This document shows, piece after piece, positions 26,728-40,165 of a DNA stretch of 64,000 nt; the first letter of the stretch is position 1, and the number at the start of each line of letters is the position of its first letter. The DNA comes from Octopus vulgaris (taxonomy: Eukaryota): contig OX597815.1 of the NCBI GenBank assembly GCA_951406725.2, positions 84,754,001-84,818,000 of the forward strand, read 5' to 3'. A program made the position numbers and the translations under genes. Below the pieces are notes generated by a model. The model was not told where the DNA came from. It was given only the letters and a program-made list of their open reading frames with translations, and did not search any database.

Positions 26728-27417
26728 CATATGTATATGTGTGTAGTTGTGTCTGTATATACAAATATAATTCATATTCAGCCCTTTTATATGCAATTTC
26801 TGTTAAATGTGAAGATCTAAGAATTAATGTAAGTGGCTGGATGAGGGTTGAGAAATCAGATTTCATGATTTCGAAAAGACAATTTACTGATCAACGTAAG
26901 TATAGTAAAATGGCACCAAAGTAGGAATGGCGACGTGGATACGGCTCACAGGGAGTTCAATTTAATTATATATTAAAACAGTAGAATCCTAGGAAACTAA
27001 TACTGTTCTGCGCGAGCAAAAAATAATACAAATATATTATGTCGTAAAGAAGAAGAGAGATCTAGTATTTCGGGAATCCCCGGTAAGATTAAAAAAAAAA
27101 AGAAATGCAGAATGTTGGTGAAGGATGTATAAAATGGGATTAGCAAGAGTGAGAAGAGAAAGGGAGGTAAGAAGGAAGAAATAATAAATGTTAGTAATGG
27201 GAGAGAAGCAGTTAAGAGGAGATTATAAAAGGAACGCCAAGTAGATATGTATGAAGAAACGTTAACGATCTTCAAACATACAAACATATAATCACGACAT
27301 AAGGACATGCAGATACGTGCACACTTATGTACACACATTTACATACACATGCACACTCATATACTCACATATGTGCGTGCGTGCGCGTGAACGTGTGTGC
27401 GTGTGTGTGTACATGTA

Positions 27418-27453
<36 letters not shown>

Positions 27454-27589
27454 ACGGCGTAGATAATGTATATGTAGGTGCGTATGTAAATACTAGTGGC
27501 ATAAGTATATTTATATAACTGATATTAAAAAGTAAACATACAACCACATACGCGTATATCCCTAGTCGTTGTTATATAGGAATATGTAT

Positions 27590-27746
27590 ACGCGCAGGCG
27601 TGGTTGCGTGGTAAGATGTTTGCTTCCCAACCACATAGTTTGGGGTTCAGTCCTACTGCGTGGCACTTCGAGCAACTATCTTGTACTATAGCCTCGGGCC
27701 GATCAAAGTTTGTGAGTGGATTTAGTAAACGGAAACTGAAAGTAAC

Positions 27747-27812
<66 letters not shown>

Positions 27813-28218
27813 ATCGCGGTTTCGATTCCCAAACCGGGCATTGTGAGTGTTTATTGGGCGAAAACACCAAAAGCTCCAACAGGGGGTGGTGGTGAACCCT
27901 GCTGTACCCTTTCACCACAACTTTCTCTCATTCTTTCTTCCTGTTTCCTATATTTCAAAGTGCCAGCCTTGTCACACTCTGTGTCACGCTGGAGGGTACA
28001 CGTGTCTGTGGAATGCTCAGCCGCTTGCACGTTAATATATAAGCTGCGACGTCACTGGTACTTTCCCTTGCCGTCCTTTTCCTTGCCGGTGGCGTGGAGA
28101 GGGGGGGCTGGTATGAGTGGGCGACTGCTGGTCTCTCATAAACAGCCTTGCCCGGACTTGTGCCTCGGAGGGTAACTTTCTAGGTGCAATCCCATGGTCA
28201 TTCATGACCGAAGGGGTC
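27590..28218 (+). mobile_element. SINE family B 5' half, then (TA)n, then a family C-related SINE
   Basis: Head gcaggcgtggttgcgtggtaag; after (TA)n a second B-box ggtttcgattccc and the family C 3' end ...ggtgcaatcccatggtcattcatgaccgaagggg. Confidence 0.8.
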
Positions 28219-28230
28219 ACAACAATATAT

Positions 28231-28355
28231 TATTCTTAATCAAGAATATTATTGACTGTAACTTCGAAGCTTCCGCCAGTTAAGCCATCATCCGACGAAG
28301 GCTTAACTGGCTGAAACTTTGAAGTCACAGTCAATAATATTCTTATTCAAGAATA
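28231..28355. repeat. 125-bp palindrome centred on a hammerhead-like core
   Basis: aagaatattattgactgtaacttcgaagcttccgccagttaagcc / ggcttaactggctgaaactttgaagtcacagtcaataatattctt. Confidence 0.9.
28292..28330 (+). ncRNA. Degenerate minimal hammerhead ribozyme motif
   Basis: CCGACGA-aGGC ttaactg GCT-GAAA-ctttgaag-TC; near-palindromic stem III and a GUC triplet; core deviates from CUGANGA. Confidence 0.5.
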
Positions 28356-29449
28356 TTAAATTTATACACTTCAAAAGTATAGAGCAACCCGCCAGAGTAA
28401 TGTAAAATTGATCTTAATCTAACTGAAAGTAAAACAACCATTATTGTGGTGGGTTGTATGCGTGTACATGTGTGTGTCATATATATATATATATATCTGC
28501 ATGTATGTACCTAGAATTATAATTCTTCCAGGTACCATATAATCACACGCTCAAAAACAGAAATAGTTATAACGTAATGGTTTTATATTTCACATGAAAC
28601 ACAAAAGTAAAACACAGTTACGAGTAACCTGAAGTTATGAAACATTTCCGATGAACAATTACGCTTGTTAAAAGAAACTAGATCATTCTGAAATAAAATC
28701 CATATAGTAGAACATAGAAATGCAGTCAGGATTTTTCTTTTTATTGGTTTAGTTTGTCTTTTAGTAATGACCCCCTCACAGGATTTTGAGACTGGTAAAA
28801 AAAAAGAGGAAGGTATCGTCAAACTGGTGACCTGGACCGAATGCTTGAAACAGAAATGACACTAAAGGCACCCTACGTAGCAAGTGGTAGATCATGACGA
28901 GAATTCGGCGCGCAAAGAGTCGGAGTAAATACCACAAAACATTGGTGGACGCTTTGATTAGTCTGTACAGTACAAAAATTTGCGTAATTTAGGTCTAACA
29001 TACATAATATTACTTCCTTGTTACCGAGAAAATCTATAACGAAGCTACTTCCGATGTATATTAAATGAAGGCTAGTAACAATGCATTACACGTGTACAAT
29101 ACAATGACTACCTCATATAAGAAATTAAACCGGTTTGTCATTAAGTATTTTGGAATGATGAATTATGTATTTTTGTATATGGAATATTTGTTAATGTATT
29201 TTTAGATGCTTTGAATGCAAACATTACTTTGGAATATATAATCCTCAAATAACTTGATTGTGGCAAAATGTTTTGGATATATTTTGAAATATGTAAGAAT
29301 GTATTTTGAAATAATTTGATTGTGATAGTCTGTTTTTAAATACTTGTTATTGTATTTTGAAACCGTTTAATTGTAATAATGTACTCTATAATTAACTAAC
29401 TTCAATGTAAAAAGATTAGCGCAATGTAAAAGAAATAGTGTAAAAGGAA

Positions 29450-29660
29450 TAGGCGGCGAGCTGGCTGAATCGTTAGCACGCCGGGTTTGGCGGTATTTCA
29501 TCTACCGCTGCGTTCTGAGTTCAAATTCCATCGAGGTCGACTTTGCCTTTCATCCTTTTGTGGTCGATAAAATAAGTGCCAGTTACGCACTGGGGTTAAT
29601 GTAATTGACTAACCCCTTTTACTAAACTTTTCAGGGCCTAGAGTAGAAATAATTATTATT
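29450..29660 (+). mobile_element. SINE family A
   Basis: aggcggcgagctggctgaatcgttagcacg...ttctgagttcaaattcc...gactttgcctttcatcc. Confidence 0.87.
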
Positions 29661-29708
29661 CCTCCATATCTGCCGACTTGACTGGCATATATTTTATATC
29701 GTACATAC

Positions 29709-29747
<39 letters not shown>

Positions 29748-30060
29748 TATACACACTTATGAGTGTCTGCACTATGTTTGCGCATGTATCTCTAACTAAT
29801 AACAGCCGGTGCAAATGATTGTTTGTTTTTTGGTTGGTTGATTTCTCTAGTCACACTTTGCATCATAGGGAAAGTGAAAATGAGAGTAAAAGAGAGATAC
29901 AGTAAATTAACACAAGAGGGGCTGGGGCGAATACCCGTATTAGGCTTGGTGGCAGGCAAGGAATAAACAAACGTTACACAGACACAGACGCACAAATACA
30001 CACGTACACACACACACACGTACACATACACAATGTGAGAGAAAAAGTTCATAGACACAA

Positions 30061-30172
30061 AGGAGGAGGAGGAGGAGGAGGGGGGAGGGGAGGGGAGGAG
30101 AGGGGGGAGGGGAGGGAGGAGAGGAGGAGGAGGAGGAGGAGGAGGACGACGACGACGACGACGACGACGACG
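30061..30172. repeat. (GGA)n / G-rich tract followed by (GAC)n
   Basis: Read directly. Confidence 0.9.
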
Positions 30173-30725
30173 AAAATGATAGTGTAGTTGACTGTTGCTG
30201 AAAAAGATTCTGTAACAGTTAATATATATTGTAATGAATATTTTCCTTAGATGTTTCTCAAATACGCTGTTCGTTGGCAGACCAAGTTTGATATTTACTA
30301 CTTTTGCTTTGTCTTTGTTTTATTTATGTTTTGTTTTGTCTATTTTGCTTTTTATGGGGTTGCATTAATCACTTGAGAATGTATAGTAACATGTTCACTA
30401 CAATTGCTACAATATTAATGCACCAGAGTATTAACCCTCATATGACAGCAAACGTTGGATGAATAATTTTGCCATCTTTGATAAAATCGAGAAATATGGT
30501 ATACTGGCCATAAATATAATTTAACTGTTATGCAAGCACACGTAGTGACAAACTCATGCTCTCAAAGTTGCGAGTTACACTTTATACAAGTAACGGGTAG
30601 CTCTCTATGAGGGGTTACTCTGAAGTATAGGTACATACATACATATATAGCATTGCAGATAAACATGATTATGTTTCACACGTACATACACACATACACA
30701 CACACATGCACACACACACACACGC

Positions 30726-30816
<91 letters not shown>

Positions 30817-31714
30817 TACGCATGTACATATATGAATATACATACATATCGAAAAGCATCACTACATATATTCATAAAGATAAATGCATATATATAAACA
30901 TATATATACATATATGTGTGCATGTGCCAATGTGTGTGCACACTCTCACGCACAACTTGCTAATCTTTCTGCTCGAACATATATTAATATCTCTATATGA
31001 CTGTTTACTGGTTGCATCCTCAAGACATTTTGCATATTCCATCTGCTAATTATGAACATTACGACCTTTGCATAATTCCAAGCTTCCTGAAACAGCTGCC
31101 GAGATAAGAAACTACGTATATACTTTCTCTTCATAGTATTCTGTATTTTGTGTTTCGAGATTATATTTACCTATTTCCCTCCTCAGTGTAATATTTCGAG
31201 TTATAAATTAAATATGTACGCAATCAAACGTCATCGCATAATTGATAGTCAACCGTACTCCCAAAAATATACAGCCAAATGTGAATACATATTTATCTTT
31301 TAAACCCAGGTGTGTGTTACGAACCATCCCGCAGCAAACTGCAGTTTCGGTCAGAGAGTAAATTAAGATTTTAATAATAATACAGGGTAAGATTAATGAA
31401 TTAATTGATCAATAATTAATAATTCTACCAAGTAGTCAGTACGTTAAAATAACCTTTTTAGGTGAATTATACAAAATATTCTATAATTATATACATAATT
31501 ATAATCAGGAATCAGCTAATCACTTCGCCACGTACCGAAATTAGACATAGACGCTAATGCCATTCCAACTACCATAAGTATCTACGTGACAATAACACAC
31601 TTTAAATGTTGGCAAAACAAAAATGATGAATCCACACGACTTCGATTAATCACAGACGCGTCTCGAGATTAAGGTACATTATATTTATCTATATATCTTT
31701 TTTTCATTATTTTA

Positions 31715-31954
31715 TTCTTTTACTTGTTTCAGTCATTTGACTGCAGCCATGCTGGAGCACCACCTCAAAGAGTGTTAGTAAAACAAATCGACCATAGGAC
31801 ATGTTTTAAAGCCTAATACTTCTTCTATCGGTCGCTTTTTGCCGAACCGCTAGGTTGCGGGGAAATAAACACCAATACCGGTTAGATGTCAAGCAGTTAT
31901 GGGAGAGTCAAACATAGCCACATAGACAAACACACTCACTCACACACACGCACA

Positions 31955-32051
<97 letters not shown>

Positions 32052-32271
32052 GTATATATACATATATATACGACGGGCTTCTTTCAGTTTTCGTCTACCA
32101 AATCCACCCACAAGGCTTTGGTCGGCCCGAAGCTATATTAGAAGACACCTGCCCAAGATGTTATGCAGTTGGGGCTGAACCCAGAACCATGTGGTTGCGA
32201 AACAAGCTACTTACCACGCACCCACGCCTACGCCTAGCAAGCTTCTTATCACACAGCAACGCCTGCGCCTA
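31715..32271 (-). mobile_element. SINE family B with internal microsatellite and duplicated 5' end
   Basis: Homologous to 1304-1740; caagct...acgcct.cgccta occurs twice in tandem at about 32203-32271. Confidence 0.87.
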
Positions 32272-32307
32272 TATATATATAAGCATACATGCATATATAT
32301 ATATACA

Positions 32308-32365
<58 letters not shown>

Positions 32366-32989
32366 CCTTCCTATACCTAATTTATTTTAATAAGTTGTAC
32401 TTCTTTCACAGCCTCATGTTTGCCCCAATTCTTTTTCTGCTCTTTTTAATAATGACAAATACACTGTACCTATTGTTAACTGTTTATTATATGTATTAGC
32501 CCTCCTAACCACTTAGACCCTCTGAAGAAGCCTAGAGGCACACTCTTCATCCAAACTTTATTTGCCCATGCCTACAGAACACTGAAGAGATGGATATGGC
32601 GTGCAGGATTTCATTGCCTCTTGGCAGAATCGGCTGTAAGGGACTGGTCTTTTGCTCTTTTCTATAATATTAATATATGTGTAACACATAGTTACTACAC
32701 GTGTATGTTTTCTCCTAATACTTTCTAATGCTTTTGAATAAATAGACACACTGGAATATCTACCGGCTGATGTATGTCGATTTGTATCTTGTCCATTTTC
32801 TTATTTGCCGTATAAATTAAGGGAAAAATCACTCCCACCCCCACCCACCCACCCCATATATGACACTCAATTCCGAGATTTCCACGCAATAACCAGCATT
32901 TGGGTATGAATAATTGGTTACACTACCAGCAGTATATTGGATAGGTACTATCCTTTAGTTGGTCGGTTTCCCAAACTCTAACCCTCACG

Positions 32990-33123
<134 letters not shown>

Positions 33124-33209
33124 CCAGAAGAAGTACGGATGAACAATTGACTTACATCAATTATTATTTATTAATTCAGTGCAAATAGACTGCATTATAT
33201 GCACACGTG

Positions 33210-33240
<31 letters not shown>

Positions 33241-33272
33241 GTGTGTGTGTTTGTCTATATGAATGTATAACC

Positions 33273-33273
<1 letters not shown>

Positions 33274-33370
<97 letters not shown>
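33274..33370. repeat. (GATA)n microsatellite
   Basis: Read directly. Confidence 0.97.
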
Positions 33371-33914
33371 TATATAAGTAAATACATATACATACACACA
33401 CACATATATATATATATATATACATATGCATAAATGTGGGTGTGTGCGCGTGCGCGTGCGCATGTGTGTGCATTCGTTGTGTGCGTCACAGTTTCAAGAA
33501 GATATCATCGCTAGAACAACCTCATTTTAGGACACATAACACATACCTATATTACTAATGGATATTTAGAGTAATCAAATCATTGTTGCCAGAACAAATA
33601 ATATTACACTCAATACACGTGAAGCCTCATTAATATATTTCAGTATACTATATGGCAACTACAAATTATGGAAGGAAAATATGTCTGCATGCGTATGAGT
33701 AAGTGTGCATATGTATTTGCGCAGATGTGTTGCTATTTACTTACCTATGTATGCACAATGTGTTTACTTACATACATTACGCATATACAAATGTTTATAT
33801 GCACACATACGCATACATAAGTATATATACATATACATACATACAAACATACATACTAAATGCTATTCATAAATATGCACGCATACATTTGCGTCTGTGT
33901 ATGAGTGTATTTTG

Positions 33915-33968
<54 letters not shown>

Positions 33969-33971
33969 ATA

Positions 33972-34038
<67 letters not shown>

Positions 34039-34359
34039 TGTCAGAATACACACAGAATCAGATAAACGTATGTTTCTGTGTGAAAAAATATATATAGATA
34101 CATTCCTGCTTTATTTTTATATCGGTACACACTCTTGATTTCTATATGAATTTATATATGCATGCATGAAACTATGTACATACATATGTGATATAAGATA
34201 TGTGTGTATGTCTGTGTGCGCATGTGTGAGTGCGCGCGTGTGTGTGTATGTGTGTGGATTTATGCGTATATATATAGATATATATGTTTTTTATATACAT
34301 TTATATACATGCATACAAATTAATATAACCACGTAAGGATATATATGTGTGTGTGTGTT

Positions 34360-34390
<31 letters not shown>

Positions 34391-34997
34391 ATATATGCGT
34401 GATCGTGTGCGTACGTGCGTGCGTAAATGCGTACAAACAGCCACACATATGTCCTCTTTACTGGATGCACATATATGTGTACGTGTGTCTGTATACAATC
34501 ACACGCACGCACACAAACACACACACACTCACGCACACTTTCTCACTCATTCACTCACACAGACTCACACACACACGCATAAACACATACTTGGTAACGC
34601 GCTAACTGGCTGGCATTCATAGTTTGCAAGCAAGCTATCAAGCTAGATCCTGATAAATGTTTTCACTCCAGAGCCAGCGGTAATGCTGATGTTACAGTAA
34701 ACATAGCTTCTGAGCCGTATTGATTACTTCTCACAGCTCTGGTTATCCAATATTCCTAGACAAATATATTTGCTAGAAAAGCACGACAAAAAAAAAACAA
34801 AGTCTTCTCTAAATTAAAGGAAAAAACGCAACTTCATAGCATCAGTAATCCGTCTAAACTGCAAGGAACCACTCCAAGCTATGAATTGAATTTCTACTCT
34901 TTTAGAAGGCAGCAAAGAATGATACACGCCATCTTATACATCTGGGAGAATCTTGAGAGCAAATTACTAAACTTTACTTATACATTTTTGAATATAT

Positions 34998-35212
34998 AGT
35001 TTCAAATTTTGGTAAAAGGCCAGCAATTTTCAAGCGAAGGAGCTAGTCGATGCTATCAGCCACAGTATTTGACTGGTTCTTTATTTTATCGACCTCAGAA
35101 AAAATTACAAGCAAAACTGACCACGGCTGAATTCGAACTCAGAATGTAAATTTCCGGAGTAAACGGAGCAAATCAGTTTTCCGATGCTCTATTCATTGTC
35201 AGATCACTGCCC
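34998..35212 (-). mobile_element. SINE family A, degenerate
   Basis: tttcaaattttggtaaaaggccagcaattt...ttattttatcgacc...gaattcgaactcagaatgta. Confidence 0.7.
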
Positions 35213-35278
35213 TGTATACGTTTGAATATATACGTATGAAAAAAACTGGGCCACTAGTGAAAAAGGAAACTTCTATAT

Positions 35279-35424
35279 CAGCCATGGGTAAACTGAGGCC
35301 CGCGGGACTTTTTGACAGGCACGCCTAAGCGAAAACTTACCTTGACTTCTTTTACTAGTGCGTCCCGCCTGATTATGACCCTTGTCTCATGTGACCCACT
35401 TATCGATAAATGTTGCCCTGCCTG
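35279..35424. mobile_element. Possible old hAT-type MITE
   Basis: cagccatgggtaaactgaggcccgcggg ... ttgccctgcctg resembles CAG...CTG hAT termini; TSD not conserved. Confidence 0.4.
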
Positions 35425-36028
35425 CTGTAAATGGTCAATCGAGTACCAAGAAATAACATCGCTAAGATGTGATTCCTCAACTCACATCTTACCTTATTAA
35501 ACAAGTCTGCAAGTTGGCTGAGTCATCAAGAATGTCAGGTAAAATGTTTTCAGATATTAATTCAAGCAACTTGGATTCTAAGTTCAATTCTCGCTAAGTT
35601 CAGCTTTTTCTTTCATTTTTCCGAGGTCGGGTCGATAAATAAAAGTACCGGGCTAGAGTAATGGTTTGACAGGAGCGTTAAAGGGCTGGAGGAAATGCTT
35701 TGGGATTTTTTTCCCACACTGCGTTGTAAGTTCAAATCCTGCCTGGACCTCCTATTTGGTTGGTAAACTTCATCCGTCGCCCGATTCGACAACATCACCT
35801 GCATTTTGGGTGACATTGGCAGTGTCCGCTCTATTACATACATTCGAATCAGATGTCTACTTTTAGGTATTTCTTTCCCCGTATCGGGGGTCTTGTAAAG
35901 GGCCATGAACAATGATGTCTGTCTCTCTTGACACTGAATGCAAGCATAGCTGTGTGGTAAAGAAGTTTGCGTTGTATCAAATTCAGTCCCATTGCGTGTC
36001 ATCCTCAGAGCAATGCCTTCTATAGCCT

Positions 36029-36633
36029 TGTGCACCGTGAATTCCCGGGTCTGGCATATCCGTAGATGTTTCTTCACGGAATTGCGTGTCTGCATGTGTT
36101 CCTTAATGCGTACATGCAGTTTTCTTGTCGTGCTTCCGATGTAGGATGCGCCACATTTGCCACAGATGATCTCGTATACAACATAGGTCCTCTCTTTCAA
36201 TTCAGGGTCATTGATGGGGCAGTTCGACAATGAGCACTCCTCAGAGTAGTGAGAGGTGTTGTTCTTGGACAGAGCTTTACTCAAGGAAGGGCTGGTGTAC
36301 ACTATCTGTATGTCGAGTTCTTTCCCGCGAACTGCATGTTGTATCTCTGCAGTAGTGCTGTCGTCAAAGTGTGGTAGCTTTAGGAAGCACGTGCCAGACT
36401 TAGAAGTATGCTGGTTCTTCCAGGGTTTATTGACCTTGATGTTCTTCAGGCGCCGCTGTTTAGCTAAAGATGGTGGGTAGCCATTCAGGGTTGGGTCTCT
36501 GAGGAACTGCTTGGTGTTAACGGCTTTGTCGGTCACGTTGCTGCAATTGTTGTTTATACGCGCAATCTCGTTTCTCACGTATGCGGCTTTGACTCTGGTG
36601 GCCAAGGCTGATTGGTAGTGGACGAAAGGTTTT
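36029..36633 (-). pseudogene. Penelope-like retroelement fragment: RT thumb/linker plus GIY-YIG endonuclease
   Basis: FVHYQSA...RINNNCS...NGYP...LKLPH...CSLSNCP...VVYEIICGKCGASYIGSTTRKLHVRIKEH; this is the real core of ORF 35613-36671. Confidence 0.9.
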
Positions 36634-36843
36634 CTGCATGTACGCATTAAGGAACACATGCAAGCAGACAATTTCGTGAAGAATCACCTACTGAAATGAT
36701 AGACCCGGGAATTCACAGTGCACATTAAGGCAACACAGCAGAACAGAGGCAACCTTAGAATCTCTGAGGCCATCCTCATACATCAAAAGAAACCCAAGAT
36801 CAACAATAGAAAGAAGTTACGGGAAGCTAGCTGGTTACTATAG
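36634..36843 (+). pseudogene. Penelope-like GIY-YIG endonuclease C-terminus, inverted relative to 36029-36633
   Basis: LHVRIKEHMQADNFVKNHLLK**TREFTVHIKATQQNRGNLRISEAILIHQKKPKINNRKKLREASWLL*. Confidence 0.88.
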
Positions 36844-36889
36844 CAACACCCCTCTTGCCATGTCCACGCATTATTCATGGGATGACCTA

Positions 36890-36952
<63 letters not shown>

Positions 36953-37145
36953 TTTATATATGCACACATATATATATGTATGTATGTTTGTCCACCACTG
37001 CCACCTGACAACCGGTGTTGGTGCGTTTACGTCTCCGTAACTCAGCTGTTCGACAAAATACTCTATAAATACCAGGTTTAAGACTAAAAGGCACTGGGAT
37101 CAATTCATTCGACTAAAACAAATTTTAGGGCGATGCTCCGGCACA

Positions 37146-37190
<45 letters not shown>

Positions 37191-37204
37191 AATATATACA
37201 TATA

Positions 37205-37508
37205 GGGTAAAGGTAAAAGCCCCTTCGGTTATGATTGACCATAGGATTGCACCGTGGCGCAAGTCCGGCCAAGTTTGTTTATGGAAGACCAGCAGTCGCC
37301 CATGCATACCAGCCTCTCCTCTCCACGCTACTGATGTTACCCAAGGATAAAGCAAAGGCCGATACAGCTTGGCACCAGCGACATCGCAATTCATTTCTAC
37401 AACTGAATGAAATTAAGTGTTTTGCTAAAGAACACAACACAGCCCGATCTGGGAATCGAACTCATTACCTCATGATTGTGAATCCGACGCTCTAACGCCT
37501 GAGCCACG
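37205..37508 (-). mobile_element. SINE family C
   Basis: Reverse complement of the 8240-8536 body and tail; head ggctcaggcgttagagcgtcgg...gagttcgattccc. Confidence 0.85.
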
Positions 37509-38007
37509 CGTATGTATAGATATGTATGTACATATATATTCATACATAAATATATACATACGTACGCGCGCACACACGCACACATACATACATACATACA
37601 TACATACATACATACATACATACATACATACATACATACATACATACATACATACATACATACATAGGCACACAATAATACGTACAGTTTTTATCTTTTT
37701 ATCTTTTACTTGTTTCAGTCACTAGACTGCAGCCATGATAGACAGTAAGACTAGATTATCTAATAATCAGATAATGTAGCGCTACATACCTGTCACCAAA
37801 ATACTGGATTGTCATGGATAGATTTTCTTTGATGACTGGCCTACTCAATTAGTATTCCTCTGGTTTTAGATATATGTAACAGCATAAAAGGAAAGAAAAA
37901 AATACTCTCAACTAGCAAAAAGTCCCATGAAATGATGACGGTTGATCATATATATATATATATATATATAAAAAAAGTTGAGTTGTGGGGTATCGCACGA
38001 GTGGGAT

Positions 38008-38827
38008 TATATAAGAAAAAAGGTTTGAAAATGCAATTTAAACGATGTTTATTTACTTAACCGGTTTCACTCTTTGGTAAAAGATTGTCAAAAGTTACAT
38101 TTAAGGAAACATTGAATAATATGGGTTCAAAAAAGTTTTTTACATAATTGTCACATTGAATATTATGCATTCAAAAAGTTTTTTACATAATTGTCACATT
38201 GGATATTATGAATTCAAAAATGTTTTTTTATACATAATTGTCACATTATTTGGGAAAATTTGGCAGAAAAGGATAAAACAAATATATTATTGGGAATTGG
38301 TTGCGTTAATTATTGGTTGTCGCAAATTGTCACATTACATGTATATATATACAATCTTTGGTATATATATACAGCGTTTTGACAGCAAAAATTAAAATGG
38401 ATTTTTTGTACATCTCAGAATATTTTAAGTATGTTTTTACTGACCTGTCAGTATTAGCAGAAAGGCTGAACTGAGAGAACAGAAGAAGTAGCCAATGTGG
38501 TGTATACTTCCCCTTTATGCATGAATGATTTTGGGGTTATCAGGAGGTTAGTATGCGGGTGTGAATAGATGTGTCCGTGCCTGCTGGTCAGACAGCGTCT
38601 GTTTGTCACACACATATATATACACACAAACACACACACACACAACAACACACACACACACACACATAGTATACAAACACACACCACATACAAACAACAC
38701 ACACACACACACAGAACACACACACCCACACACAACGCACCCACATATATCACATATACACACAGCACACAAATATAACATGTATCTATATATAACATAC
38801 ACAGATATATAACACACATACACACAC

Positions 38828-38860
<33 letters not shown>

Positions 38861-39136
38861 CACACGCACACATACATACATAATATAAATATCACACAAA
38901 TACACCTAGCATATATATACACACATACAATACACACATACAGCATGTAAGTAATATACATACACAATATATGCATGCAATATACATACGCAATACATAC
39001 ATATAATATATATATATATAGACAATGCATATACATATATACACATATACATATAAATAGTGTTTACATACACATACATAGATGTACCACATATACACAC
39101 AACACACATACATACAATGCATACACAATGCGTGTG

Positions 39137-39175
<39 letters not shown>

Positions 39176-40033
39176 GTGTGTGTATGTGTGTTATATATCT
39201 GTGTATGTTATATATAGATACATGTTATATTTGTGTGCTGTGTGTATATGTGATATATGTGGGTGCGTTGTGTGTGGGTGTGTGTGTTCTGTGTGTGTGT
39301 GTGTTGTTTGTATGTGGTGTGTGTTTGTATACTATGTGTGTGTGTGTGTGTGTTGTTGTATGTGTGTGTGTTTGTGTGTATATATATATGTGTGTGACAA
39401 ACAGACGCTGTCTGACCAGCAGGCACGGACACATCTATTCACACCCGCATACTAACCTCCTGATAACCCCAAAATCATTCATGCATAAAGGGGAAGTATA
39501 CACCACATTGGCTACTTCTTCTGTTCTCTCAGTTCAGCCTTTCTGCTAATACTGACAGGTCAGTAAAAACATACTTAAAATATTCTGAGATGTACAAAAA
39601 ATCCATTTTAATTTTTGCTGTCAAAACGCTGTATATATATACCAAAGATTGTATATATATACATGTAATGTGACAATTTGCGACAACCAATAATTAACGC
39701 AACCAATTCCCAATAATATATTTGTTTTATCCTTTTCTGCCAAATTTTCCCAAATAATGTGACAATTATGTATAAAAAAACATTTTTGAATTCATAATAT
39801 CCAATGTGACAATTATGTAAAAAACTTTTTTGAATGCATAATATTCAATGTGACAATTATGTAAAAAACTTTTTTGAATGCATAATATTCAATGTGACAA
39901 TTATGTAAAAAACTTTTTTTGAACCCATATTATTCAATGTTTCCTTAAATGTAACTTTTGACAATCTTTTACCAAAGAGTGAAACCGGTTAAGTAAATAA
40001 ACATCGTTTAAATTGCATTTTCAAACCTTTTTT

Positions 40034-40041
<8 letters not shown>
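38008..40041. repeat. About 2-kb inverted repeat (arms 38008-38868 and 39129-40041, 260-bp spacer)
   Basis: Arms are near-perfect reverse complements; both contain a tandem unit of about 44 bp (3 vs 4 copies); (TA)n lies outside both ends. Confidence 0.95.
39954..39994 (+). ncRNA. Degenerate minimal hammerhead motif near the arm end (mirror copy on minus strand at about 38055-38095)
   Basis: actt-TTGACAA-tcttt tacc aaaga-gt-GAAA-CCGG-TT-aagt; stem I actt/aagt, palindromic stem III ACCGGT; followed by AATAAA. Confidence 0.45.
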
Positions 40042-40101
<60 letters not shown>

Positions 40102-40104
40102 GAT

Positions 40105-40165
<61 letters not shown>

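Noticed and set aside
29851-29955. 105-nt open segment between AG and a GC donor as an exon
   Set aside because: Non-canonical donor and unrecognisable peptide
32515-32545. ctgaagaagcctagaggc as a hammerhead start (also ctgatga at about 40372 and gaaactgcag at about 31340)
   Set aside because: The partner half of the core is missing or cannot be paired; too incomplete to call
35613-36671. 352-aa ORF as a single protein
   Set aside because: Only 36029-36633 is Penelope-derived; the N-terminus is antisense of the inverted copy and the C-terminus reads through SINE and unique DNA
38120-38250. Tandem units of about 44 bp as a CRISPR-like array
   Set aside because: The units are contiguous with no unique spacers; eukaryotic context and no cas genes
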